From: Chlorokybus atmophyticus
Taxonomy: Eukaryota; Plantae; Mesostigma and Chlorokybus algae
Length of the DNA: 64,000 nt
Direction: 5' to 3'
NCBI GenBank assembly: GCA_009103225.1
Contig: RHPI01002533.1
Location: 1,369,186-1,433,185, forward strand
Shown here: piece by piece, positions 1 through 11,542 of the stretch
Numbering within the stretch: the stretch's first letter is position 1
Layout of the letters: the number at the start of each line of letters is the position of its first letter
Notes under the pieces: model-generated
Databases searched by the model: none
What the model was told of the DNA's origin: nothing
The model's input: only the letters and a program-made list of their open reading frames with translations
Position numbers and translations under genes: made by a program

Positions 1-36
<36 letters not shown>
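1..36. repeat. (AC)n microsatellite, open at the window edge
   Basis: Perfect AC dinucleotide run from position 1. Confidence 0.98.
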
Positions 37-38
<2 letters not shown>

Positions 39-624
39 GCGCGCAGTTACGTGATGTGATGTGACATGCTCTGTTGCCTCTTGTGAGGACAACCCTGCGT
101 TGGTATCATCCGCATAAGGATGCTTTGCTAAAACAAGCAGACACTGAGTAGTCAAGCGACGTGTTTAATGGTTACCTCTGCTGCCTCAGGTGGCGGAGCA
201 TATCATTGAGGTGAGCACGTGTGAATCTGAGAGCACTTAACGAGCTGGCTGATAAGGTGCTACTCGATCAATACGTGGCCAAGTGGGAAGGCAGCAGATG
301 GGAGTATATAAAGAGATTGCTGGCAGTGTCCAGACAATTACAAGTGTGAGACTCCTTATGCTCACTGCTGTGTGAGGGGTGCTTGGAGGTAGCTGTTTAA
401 AGAGCCTTCCCTGTCACGTGTACCTCTTACTTATCTGCTGGTGAGGGTCAAACACTTTTGCACAAGCAATCTCATTTACAGCATGCCTTGCAATAAGCAA
501 CACCCCACAAGGAGGTAATGGGGAGAGCACCCTTCAACAGCTTCAGCCAGGCACCCCACACACAAGTAGCTCCGCAAGGCCAGCAACTGATTGCCACCAC
601 AAAATGGTAGTTACGCCTGTATTC

Positions 625-1009
625 TGTTAAATGTTGTAGCTTGTTGAAAGTACATGTATAGGCGGCGCCTACATGTAGTTGGCGATCAGCTTAACCTTTA
701 TAGTTACGGGAGTTACGAGAGTTACGAGAGTTACGGGAGTTACGGCAGTTATGGTCAACCATGGTCAACTTTGACTTTAACCGTTGACTTTGACCGTTGA
801 CTAGTGTTGACCAATGTTGACTTTGACCAGAGTTAACTAGAGTTGACTAGTGCTTGGTAGCATAGTATATAAGACACTGTATACTGCTTAATACAGTGGG
901 TCGCACATTGTCTCTATAACTGGCGTGCTTGCCGCACTTGTCCTTGGTGTGTGCACACTTGTATGTAAGAGGCAAATACACACACTAGGCGCATCACTAG
1001 TTCTCAACA
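625..1009 (+). repeat. 5' LTR, Copia family 1
   Basis: TGTTAA...CAACA. Internal AGTTACGRG 9-mers, a GTTGAC/TTGACY array and TATATAAG. Matches 2564-2915, 13231-13587 (-) and 29808-30182. Confidence 0.93.
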
Positions 1010-1131
1010 AGTTATGGGCCCACACTCGCTTGTGCAATCGCTTGTGCTAGTGAGAGAAAGTGTTGAGCATAGGCGCCTACTAGTAGAGTGTTCTTGGGAG
1101 GAGGGTGAGTTGTACTATTGTGTAGCAAGCA

Positions 1132-1918
1132 ATGGTTTTCACAGATAGGATGCCCATTGAGTCCCTTGATCTGCACAACTACGCTTCATGGTCGCTGAAG
1201 ATGCTGTTGGTGCTGATCCGCAAAAAGCTCTGGAGTTTTGTTGACCCCACCTCCTCAACATCATTGCGGCCAAGAAACAGGTGACGCTGGTACCTGGACA
1301 GAGAACTCACAATCAGCTTCTGCACTGATAGGCTTGCACGTCAAAGACTTCCATCTCCCTCTTATTGCGGATTGCAAGACTGGACGTGAGGCGTGGGAGG
1401 TCTTCGACACCCGCTTTAAGGCCAATAGCAACTCGCGCAAGTTGCAGCTGAGACGCAAGCTGACACTTCTGAAGATGGAGCACAAAGAGCCAATCCATAA
1501 GTACATCTCGCGTGCAAGGGAGCTTTGGCAAGACCTTGCAGCAGTGGGCCACGATGTGAAGGAAGAGGAGGTGATGTGGGCAGTCTTAGCTGGCTTGGGA
1601 AAGAGCTTTGCTATGCTAGTGATTGTGTTGAAGTCCTCAGATGTGGTTTTGAATTTTGCTGATGTAGTGCCTAAGCTGCTAGCTGTCAAAGGCAAGTTGG
1701 ATGTTCAAGAGATAAAGAATGGTGGAGAACCTATCGCACTTTCTGCCTCATCTTCTAAACACACACGAAGCAGGAGCAAAGCATGTGGTGGGAAGCCATC
1801 ACGTGACAAAGAGTGTCCCTACTGTCAGATGAAGGGCCACTTCATTCGCGAGTGCCAGAAGAGGATCCACGATGAGGCAACCAAGGAGGAGCACGCCACG
1901 ATGGCGATTGCTTTCTAA
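1132..1918 (+). pseudogene. gag: Copia gag (UBN2/Retrotran_gag_2-like with CCHC knuckle), frameshifted near 1275
   Basis: MVFTDRMPIESLDLHNYASWSLKM... continues into ORF 1238-1918, which ends CPYCQMKGHFIREC. There is one extra A (ccaagaaacagg) relative to the in-frame copy at 10326-11051. Confidence 0.9.
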
Positions 1919-2563
1919 CATTGGTGAGGACCTCAAGGAGTTGCAGTGGATGGTGTTCGTCCGTCCTCTCCCACTGCAAGGGCGCGTGAAGGACATGCGT
2001 AGACGGAGGTCGCAGACACAAAGGTCTGTGAGAGTTACTAGCCTAAGAGTAGTTGCTAGTGTTGAGCTGCATACACTAGAAGTTGCATTGCTGTGGAGTT
2101 GTTTTTTGGTAGCACACAGGTGTGCGGTACTGGTCAGAACACTTCAATTGATTGGCATGCAAGGACTGAGTTGAATAGCTAGCTGACAGGAGATGGGAGG
2201 GATGCTTTCCTTGGTAGAAGGGTCTGATTAACCCTTGCACGGCCTACACTCTGGTACAGCATTGCTAAGGTAGAGAACTCAGTGTAGTTTATAACATGGT
2301 TTGCCATTGAGGGAGTCTTCAAAACCACTTGAGCAAGGTCAGGCGTGGCGTGGTGGAACCTGATGCGACTATTATAAGGAGGAAACAAGGAGTATTGGAA
2401 CCTTGTAGTCTTGCTGGCAGCACGAGGACAAGGATGGTGTCATGGAGACAAGCAGCAAGTCCGTGGGAACAACACATCCGTGGGAGTGTTCAAAGGAGTA
2501 AGTTAATGTGGGTAAGCTTGCGAGAAGATTTTGGAGTTCAAGGTTAAGCTGCTCGCGTGGGAG

Positions 2564-2915
2564 TGTTAAATGTTATAGCTTGTTGAAAGTACATGTATAG
2601 GCGGCGCCTACATGTAGTTGGTACGATCAGCTTAACCTTTACAGTTACGGAAGTTATGAGAGTTACGAGAGTTACGGGAGTTACGGCAGTTATGGTCAAC
2701 TTTGACTTTGACTGTTGACTTTGACCAGAGTTGACCAGAGTTGACTAGAGTTGACTAGTGCTTAGTAGCATAGTATAAGACACTGTATACTGCTTAATAC
2801 AGTGGGTCACACATTGTCTTTGTAGTTGGCGTGCTTGCTGCACTTGTCCTTGGTGTGTGCACACTTGTATATAAGAGGCGAATACACACACTAGGCGCAT
2901 CGCTAGTTCTTAACA
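2564..2915 (+). repeat. 3' LTR, Copia family 1
   Basis: Direct repeat of 625-1009, preceded by a PPT. Confidence 0.93.
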
Positions 2916-3339
2916 TATACTACCTGCTGCTCTCTGTGAGCTGGCATCTGAGAACACTAAGATGGTCACGGTTAATGGGTTGGCGGATGTCACTCTCTGT
3001 TTTCTACTTATGTGGTAAGTAAGAGGGACCAAGTGAGGATCCTGCATGCCATGGTGTGTAGCACTTGGCATCTGTGCTTATGTGGTCAGTAGTAGTCTAC
3101 TTAGTAGCTCGGGCTATATAGATGCACGACGCACTGTATATTAGCACGCACACGGCTGTTCGGTGCCATATGCCCTGCATGACTTGTAGAGTGCCAGTGA
3201 AGTGACGCTGGGGCAGCATATGTGCTGCAAGTGGCAAATTGCGGGTCGGTCATACAATTTGCCAGTATGATGTGTATGGACAGGCGCATGATGGATTCTA
3301 ACATTTTCGCAAATACTTGTCCTGTGTTTGACAATCTCA

Positions 3340-3620
3340 AGGTTTGACCAACCCCGAGGTTGATGTCATGTGATGGACAAGTCCTATGTGGACACAGTCA
3401 GCATGTGCTGCAAGGTCAGCACACAGTGACAAGGCCTTATGCCTTGAAAATTCTGTATGCCAGGTCGGGAGAGCGGCAAGTGGTATATATGCTGAGTAGC
3501 AACCTTTAGTAAAAATCAGAGTGTGTTCACCACTCAAGGGCCACTTGTGTGTGGGGTGCCTGGTTGGTAGCTCTTACAGGGGCTCTCCCCCTCATCCCTT
3601 GTGGGTTGTGCGGGTGGCGT
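3340..3620 (-). repeat. Dispersed unclassified repeat (other copies at about 500-575 + and 44640-44920 +)
   Basis: The reverse complement shares blocks such as gctctcccgacctggca, ccttgtcactgt, gacatcaacctcgg, ggggagagcccc and caccccacacacaagt with 44640-44920. A short piece also occurs at 500-575. Confidence 0.75.
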
Positions 3621-4342
3621 TTGTGGGTGGCTGCACTGTGTGTGTGGGAAGAAACTGTTAGAGGGCTGGCGGTCATCCTCTCCTACCCAACTTTGATTTT
3701 GTGTCTTCCCTCCACGAGGTGCTGCACCAGGGTGTGTTGTGTGTAAGTTGGTGAGGCTCACTTAAAGGCAAGTAAGTGGTATCGTTGCATTGGACTTAGA
3801 GCTTGTTGCCAAGCCTTCCATGCTTCAAGCAAGTTGCCTATCAACTTGTGCACTTGTTAGACGGCACATGCATTGCATCTTTTACTTACATGTGCTGCAC
3901 AGCGGTGTTCTCATGCTTACTGTGCATGTAGTTGGTCACTCCGGTTGCATGCACACTTGCATGCACAGTGCGGGCCATGTTGCACGCTATTTTGTGCATT
4001 ATTTGCGCACGTGTTGCTGCATTTGGCTGCATACGCATTTGCAATTGAGAGTGCGCGTAGCTGCATTTTGCTCCATACACGTCTGCACTGGCGCGTGTTG
4101 CTAAATCCACACTTACTATATGCTTGTGCTATAGCGGAAACCATCAATAATGATTGACGGGGCTGCTAACGCTGCCAACCTGCTCGCGGTTCAGGTTACA
4201 GAGATGCAAAGCTAGGCACTGGCCATCATGATGGCCGCCAACACGTCCACAAAGGAACAACACGACCAGCAGCTAGCCAAGTTGGTTGCTGCAAAAGCCC
4301 ATAAGATGATGCCCTCGCCTCGAATCCTTCTTCGGCACTTAC

Positions 4343-5035
4343 TGTTAAGAACTGGTGTGCATGTATGCGCCCTACCTCAAACATGCGCTCACTAGGGGAA
4401 CACCAAGTGTAACACACAAGCATGTCAACACCAACTATAAATGTATTGCAATTCCATCTGTATGCGCCAAATACAGTGACTTATATACTAAGCTAGTCAA
4501 CAATATCAAGAACTAGTCAACTCTGGTCAAAGTAGACTTCAGTCAACATTGGTTAACAATCAAAGTCGATACCATTCAACACGAGTCAACGGTCAATTTG
4601 ACTATAACTGTCGTAACTCCCATGACTCCCGTTGTAACTGTATAGCATAACCGCCGCACATGGCCTAAGTAACATCAACAAGCTGACTGCACTATAAGCA
4701 TACTATACTTGCAAACCTCATATGCTTAACCTTCAACACTCCCACGCAGGCAGCTTGTCGTCCGCATCTGCACATCAGCATGCACAAGCTCCGACGCCTT
4801 CCTCGTCTTGAATATAATCTAGAACTTCTTGCCCCACCACATGATGCTAGCACCAACCTCAAGCTGCGCGCTCCCAATGCTTGTCAGCATCTTTGCAATC
4901 TGCTCGCTTGCGCATAGTGTACCTCGAGCACGATAGCATGCTGGCAGAGTGTAACCTCCATGCTTCATAGCTTAGCTACTCCTCTCTTATCCATGTTTAA
5001 GCATCACACCCGAGCATCATGCTGTTGAGTAGGCA
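4343..5035 (-). mobile_element. Copia family 2: 3' LTR (4343-4738), PPT and decayed RNase H end, interrupted by the Gypsy element
   Basis: The LTR is homologous to 11543-11952 and 12665-13075. The internal part matches 12380-12660 and resumes at 10078-10135 after the Gypsy insertion. Confidence 0.85.
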
Positions 5036-5399
5036 TGTAACAGTCGAGGCCAAGTTTCATGATTTTAGGACCTTTTTTGGCCCATATATCGAGCACCACG
5101 TTTTTTAACTTATGGCAGATATCGGCGGGTTGTGAGTCTGCCGCGGATATCGACCGGGGACCCAGGACCAGTCCGGAAGGTGCCAAAAGACGGAGGGCCA
5201 GTCAAGAACGGCTCGACCAGATTTTTGGAAGGGCCTGGCGCCAAGTAGTATAACTTGACCACATGAGCACCCATTCACGAGATCTTTGGTGTGCAAGAAA
5301 GGTTCAGAAGTATACTACAAGGTTTTGCAATAACATCTTAGCATCCAATTTTGTGTAGCACGGGAATCGGCTAGACGTACAAGTTCCGTACAGATTCCT

Positions 5400-6179
5400 T
5401 TGGCATCAAGCTCGCGCGTGCATTTAAAGGTGCCAAAGCCCAAGCCATTCAAGGGTAAACGTGATGGAGATGCAGTAGACGAAAGGATTTGTCAAGTATT
5501 GTCTTGGTTGAAGCTTACGGAGGTGCCCACGCATCTGCACGTGGAGGTTGCAGCGACATTGCTTGAAGGTGCAGCACTTGTATGGTGGAGACATCGTTGT
5601 ACGCGTGTTGCAAGTGGGTTGGCGCTACCATTGACCACCATGGAAGAGTTGGCTCTGAAGATCAGGCACCAGTTTGTTCCCGTGGAGAGTGTAAAGGCCG
5701 CACGCGATAAAATTGCAGCCCTTGTGCAAACGGGGTCGGTGACGGCGTACACGGCTACGTTTCAGCGTTTGATGATGTCCATACCCAACATGACCGAGGA
5801 AGAGCAATTGGACAAGTATACACGTGGTTTGAATTCTTCGGGACGCAAAAAAGTAGAGCTACGGGACCTCAAAACTTTAGCGGAAGCTATACGCATCGCG
5901 GAGCGTCTCGACGCGTTGTACTTCAAGTCTTTTGCAACAAACATTGACTGGAGGCGTGGGAGCAAGCAAGAGCGTGGTGATCAGCCTAGGGGAAGCTTTC
6001 AATATGCATGGACACAAAGGGAACCAAGTTCACAACTTGCAAAGAAAGGTGGAGCAAATTTTGGACCATCACCGATGGAGGTGGGTTCCGTTTACACGTG
6101 TACTTGCGTGGCGAAGCACGGTGGACGTGGTGAGGCCGGTAGCAGCGTGCGCAAGTGTTACGTGTGCGGTTCGACATAA
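5400..6179 (+). pseudogene. gag: Gypsy gag (Retrotrans_gag with CCHC knuckle broken by a stop)
   Basis: KVPKPKPFKGKRD, LLEGAALVWW, LVQTGSVTAYTATF and CYVCGST*HLAFSC. Confidence 0.9.
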
Positions 6180-6429
6180 CATTTGGCGTTTAGTTGCTCG
6201 AAGCGGCGCACGCAAAGTGGAGGATCATGGAAACGACTTCCCCCAGTAGGTAAAGAGGCTACTGCTGGGGATGAGAGGAAGCCTCACGCACAAACAAAGA
6301 TTGTGACATCGCAACAAACGAAGAAAATGGAGGTGGCTATAAGCACGCCCATGGTGGTAAGTTATGCAAGCAAGGAGGAAACGAAGTACGTTGGGCTTCT
6401 TGCACGCATTTGAGAAAACCGAGGACAAT

Positions 6430-9360
6430 GAAGGGTGTGCAACCTTATGGTTGATAATGGAGCAAAAAGCAACTTCATCAGTGAGGAGGTTGCACGGCGC
6501 TACGGTTGGCTTTCACCATACGACGAGGAGAAGTGAAATTCGCTGATGGGGAACCACCCTCTAGAGGTACCGGTGCTACTTTTCAATGAAGGAGTTGTGT
6601 GTTCACATAGGGAAGTTGAAGGAGAATATGCGTTTCTGCTGCATCACCATGCGGAACGGGTTTGATGGAGTTTTAAGACTATTGTGGCTGTGGCAACATA
6701 ACCCATCTATCGATTGGAGGAAGCGTGTGCTCACCGGCAAGGGAAACGATGGAGAGTCTATTCAAGGTCTACGCGCGTGCTCCATCGAAGTGGAAGACCA
6801 CTTTTGCGAGGAAAGCAAAAAGTGCTTTGTCATAGTTGCGTCGGACGTCGCTAATGCAAGTATGCGCACGTGTGTTGAGCACCTGCAAGGGGATACAAGC
6901 ACTGGAAAGGCACGGCACACGCAATCAGGTGGGATTAGCATTGCTCAAGTTTCCTATGTGCAATTGAGGAGGCTGCTATCCCCACAAAAAGCGAAAACTG
7001 CATGGTTGTGCGAGGTGCGTTTGAGCACATCAAAGTCAGCACCGAAGCGGAGGGACTGCACTGAGACATCAATGATGGACCCCGAGGTGTGCAAACTTGT
7101 TCTGGACTACCCTCGGATATCATGGTGGACGGACTTCCAGCTGGTCTGCCACCCTCACGGAGCTTTGATCACTGTGTGGAGTTGATTGAGGGCGTGCACA
7201 AGCCACACTACAGGCCCGTACATAAGTTGTCACCTCTTGAGTTGAAGGAGGCCGAGAAGCAGATAGCGGAAAGAGAGGTTACATCCGGCCAAGTAAGTCA
7301 CCTTATGGTGCACCAATACTGTTCGTGCAAAAGGAAAACGGGAGCCTGCGTATGTGCATTGACTACCGAGCGCTCAACACCATTACAAATAAGAACCGCT
7401 TTCCACTACCGCGTATTGACGAGTTGCTGGAGCAGCTACAAGGTGCGCAGTTTACCACACTTGATCTTGCTGGAGGTTATTATCAAATCCGCATCGCACC
7501 TGAGGACGTGGAGAAGACAGCGTTCAACACGCGCTATGGATATCACAAGTGGTTAATGATGTCGTTTGGGCCTGCAAAAGCGCCATCAACATTTTAGACT
7601 TTAACGAACATTGTTTTTGCTGACTTGCTGGGTAAGGGAGTGCTCGTGTACCTCGACGACATTCTGATGTGTTAAAAGACGAAGGAGCAGCATATGAGTT
7701 GTCTACGGCGCGTGTTGCAGCATTTACGCGAGCACAAGTTGTACGCTCAGCTACAGAAGTGCAAGTTTCTGCTACGCGAGGTGGAGTACCTGGCCATATT
7801 ATGTCACACAAAGGGTCAAGCCGGACCCTAATAAAGTGCAGGTGGTGCGCGTATGGTCTGCCCCGACCAACGTGAAGGAGGTAATGTCGCTCTTGGGCCT
7901 TGTGGGGTATCATCGCAAGTTTATGGTGGGATTTTCGCGCATTGCGGCCTTTAACCACCCTACTCAAGAAAGGGAAGTCTTGGAGCTAGGCTACAAAGGA
8001 AAAGCATGCATTTGCTGCGTTGAAGACGTTGACAGAGGCACCCATCTTTGCTCACCCCAATACGGACAAACCCTTCAATTTGGCTTGTGAAGCATCCGGC
8101 ATAGCTGTGGGAGCTGTGTTACAGCAAGACCAAGTCATGGGTCTTCCACATGTAGCGTTCATCAGTAAGAAATTGAGTGGAGCAAAGCTGAACTACCATG
8201 TGCGCGAGAAGGAGCTATTGGTGCAAGTGATGGTGATGCGAGAATGGCGTTGCTTTCTTGAGGGCAAAAGGTTTATGGAGACGGACCATTTCCCATTAAG
8301 ATACTTGCAGACACAACAATGTCTAAACTGGAGACAAGCGCGGTGGTTGGAGTTCTTTCGAGTTTTTGATTTATGATCAAGTACAAGCCCAGTACGTCTG
8401 ATAGTGTGGCCGACGCGCTAAGCCGGTTGAATGCGATTGAAGCACTCGCTCAAGTGCAACCGGAGTGGGCCGACCACATCCGACAAGTGCTTTGCGAAGA
8501 CACAATAGGTAGGAGAGTCTTGCGGGACATCGAGAGCACAGCAACGGACACAAGTGGACATTGGACAAAGCAAGACGGCCTACTATGGCATCATGACCGC
8601 TTGTACATCCCACTGTTGCACATACGCGTTCAACTTGTAAAGGAAGCTCATGACGTACCCATTGATGGCCACCAAGGGGTGGAGAGGACATTGGCAAGCT
8701 TGAAATAACGTTTTTACTAGCGGGAGGTGCATCGCGATGTACGCGATTATGTGGCGTTGTGCGACGCATGTTAAAGGGTGAAAGCAAGCAACTGAAAGCT
8801 AGGTGGGTTGCTACAACCTCTTCCTGTGCCATTATCCAAGTGGGAGCAAGTTACTATGGACATTATTTGGGGTTGCCGAAGACAACAGAAGGGTATGACG
8901 CAATACTCGTGTTCATAGACAAAACCAGCAAAATGGTACGCTTGGCACCGTGTTGTGAGTCTTGCACGGCACCAGATGCAGCAAGCTTGGTTATGAAGCA
9001 TGTCTTTCGTTTGCACGGACTACCACGAAGCATTATGAGCGATTGTGAGCCATTCGTAGTCATCAGAATGGTTTCGGACATGGCGTACAAGTTGCAATTG
9101 CCCGACACTATGCACATACACCCTTTCACATATCCCTGTTGAAATCATATCGAGGAGACCCGCTATTGCGTCCATCGCCTGAGTTGGCACGAAAGGTCAT
9201 ATGAAATACGAAGTGGAGGACATATTGGGTGAGAAGATGGTGCACGACGTGTGCAAATATCTAGTGAAGTGGAAAGCCTACCCAATGCATGAAGCCACTT
9301 GGGGATCGGAGGAGAAGTTGGCAAATGCACAACATATCCTGCAACAAAGATTGCAACGAC
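6430..9360 (+). pseudogene. pol: Gypsy pol (PR, RT, RNase H, partial IN, chromodomain) with many frameshifts and stops
   Basis: PR LMVDNGAKSNF (about 6444). RT LRMCIDYRALN, LDLAGGYYQI and YLDDIL (about 7650). RH ACEASGIAVGAVL and ETDHFPL. IN EAHDVPIDGHQG and VFIDKTSKMV. Chromodomain YEVEDIL..YLVKWKAY..EATW (9201-9350). Confidence 0.92.
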
Positions 9361-10155
9361 AAACAGAGAATCCTCGAGAGCTTTGTGGACAAAGCTCACT
9401 TAGGGGGGAGGAGTGTAACAGCCAAGGCTAAATTTTAAGATTTTAGGATCTTTTTTGGCCTATTAATTGAGCACCACATTTGAAGGACATGTGGCAAATA
9501 TCGGCAAGTTATGAGTCTGCCGCGAATATTGAGTGAGGCCCCAGGACTCGTCCGAAAGGTGCCAGATAACGGAGGGCCAGTCGCGAAGGGCTCGATCAGT
9601 TTTCTAGAAGGGCCTGGCGCCAAGTAGTAACTTGACCATATGAGCACTCAATTTGGAAGTCTTTGGTGCGTAAGAAAGGTCTACAAGTACTACAAGGTTC
9701 TGCAATAACATTTAAACATCTAGCTTTGTATAGCATGGGAATCGTCTAGATAGTAGCATGTGCAGACTGGTAGGTATAAAAGCGACACTCTACACTGTGC
9801 AATATAACCTTTAGCTCCCTAGGTTCTTGTGTGCAAGCCTGGTGGTGGTTAGCAGGGGTTGCTAGCGTGTGTCCACTGGTGTGTGCTTGCTTGTGTGACG
9901 ATTCAAGGCGCTACGCAAGTCGGTGTGTAGCTATGAGCGCATGCACGTGCGTACGCGAGTGGCGGGGCACGCGTGTGGGTGCTTGGCAGAGGGGCAAGGT
10001 TCCGGTGCGAATACCGTGCCTTGATGAAAGTGTTGATTCGACCAACTCATAGGTGACAAGGCACGAGCACCGTCACAAGGCAGCTCCCACGTGCTGTCAG
10101 CACGCAACACTTCAAGTTAAAATACACCACATTTAAAGAACGCTATTAAGACCTG

Positions 10156-11449
10156 AAGATGCGCCTAGTGTGTGTGTATTTGCCTCTGACATACAAGTGT
10201 GCACACACCAAGGACAAGTGCAGCAAGCACATCAACTATAGAGACAATGTGCGACCAACTGTATTAAGCAGTATACAGTGTCTTGTGGCGTGCTCCTCCT
10301 TGGTTGCCTCATCGTGATTCCTTTTCTAACACTCGCGAATGAAGTGGCCCTTCATCTTGCAATAGCGACACTCTTTGTCACGTGATGGCTTCCCACCACA
10401 TGCTTTGCTCCTGCTTCGTGTGTGTTTAGAAGATGAGGCAGAAAGTGCGATAGGTTCTCCACCATTCTCTATCTCTTGAACATCCAACTTGCCTTTAACA
10501 GCTAGCAGCTTAGGCACTACATCAGCAAAATTCAAAACCACATCTGAGGACTTCAACACAATCACTAGCATAGCAAAGCTCTTTCCCAAGCCAGCTAAGA
10601 CTGCCCACATCACCTCCTCTTCCTTCACATCGTGGCCCACTGCTGCAAGGTCTTGCCAAAGCTCCCTTGCACGCGAGATGTACTTATGGATTGGCTCTTT
10701 GTGCTCCATCTTCAGAAGTGTCAGCTTGCGTCTCAGCTGCAACTTGCGCGAGTTGCTATTGGCCTTAAAGCGGGTGTCGAAGACCTCCCACGCCTCACGT
10801 CCAGTCTTGCAATCCGCAATAAGAGGGAGATGGAAGTCTTTGACGTGCAAGCCTATCAGTGCAGAAGCTGATTGTGAGTTCTCTGTCCAGGTACCAGCGT
10901 CACCTGTTCTTGGCCGCAATGATGTTGAGGAGGTGGGGTCAACAAAACTCCAGAGCTTTTTGCGGATCAGCACCAACAGCATCTTCAGCGACTATGAAGC
11001 GTAGTTGTGCAGATCAAGGGACTCAATGGGCATCCTATCTGTGAAAACCATTGCTTGCTACACAATAGTACAACTCACCCTCCTCCCAAGAACACTCTAC
11101 TAGTAGGCGCCTATGCTCAACACTTTCTCCCACTAGCACAAGCGATTGCACAAGCGAGTGTGGGCCCATAACTTGTTGAGAACTAGTGATGCGCCTAGTG
11201 TGTGTATTTGCCTCTTACATACAAGTGTGCACACACCAAGGACAAGTGCGGCAAGCACGCCAGTTATAGAGACAATGTGCGACCCACTGTATTAAGCAGT
11301 ATACAGTGTCTTATATACTATGCTACCAAGCACTAGTCAACTCCAGTTAACTCTGTTCAAAGTCAATATTGGTCAACACTAGTCAATGGTCAAAGTCAAC
11401 GGTTAAAGTTAAAGTTGACCATGGTTGACCATAACTGCCGGTGGGGTGG
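10156..11449 (-). mobile_element. Copia family 1 gag-only element, rearranged copy (partial LTRs, PBS, gag)
   Basis: Reverse-complement LTR pieces at 11175-11449 and 10156-10285. PBS at about 11161-11173. gag is near-identical to 1132-1918. Confidence 0.88.
10326..11051 (-). CDS. gag: Copia gag, 241 aa, open frame ending just after the CCHC knuckle (CAG to TAG)
   Basis: ATG at 11051 is in frame with ORF 10326-10982. CRYCKMKGHFIREC* is present. The copy at 1132 continues for about 22 more codons. Confidence 0.8.
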
Positions 11450-11542
11450 GGTGGGGTGGGGTCAACAAAACTCCAGAGCTTCTTGCGGATCAGCACCAAC
11501 TTTATCTTCAGCGACCATGAAGCGTAGCTGTGCAGATCAAAG

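Larger units (their letters stand above)
625..2915 (+). mobile_element. Ty1/Copia-type gag-only LTR element (family 1, TR-GAG-like), complete, about 2.3 kb
   Basis: TG..CA LTRs at 625-1009 and 2564-2915. PBS (A)GTTATGGGCCCA at 1010-1022. Purine tract GTGGGAG before 2564. Flanks TATTC (620-624) and TATAC (2916-2920) form a 5-bp TSD with one mismatch. The only coding content is gag. Confidence 0.92.
5036..10077 (+). mobile_element. Ty3/Gypsy chromovirus, decayed
   Basis: Perfect 5-bp TSD AGGCA (5031-5035 and 10078-10082). 3' LTR TGTAACA...TCACA at 9414-10077, after PPT AGGGGGGAGGAG. The 5' LTR spans 5036 to about 5375 and is truncated by a deletion into gag. Domain order is gag-PR-RT-RH-IN-chromodomain. 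Confidence 0.95.

Noticed and set aside
190-400. Protein-like frame LNELADKVLLDQYVAKWEGSRWEYIKRLL as a transposase fragment
   Set aside because: Too short and without diagnostic residues.
703-750. Regular short repeats (AGTTACGRG) as a CRISPR-like array
   Set aside because: There are no unique spacers, the repeats lie inside eukaryotic LTRs, and no cas genes are present.
1261-1695. Antisense ORFs over gag (also 10489-11004) and many other overlapping ORFs in TE and GC-rich regions
   Set aside because: They are shadow frames of real coding sequence or low-complexity GC-rich DNA with no motifs.
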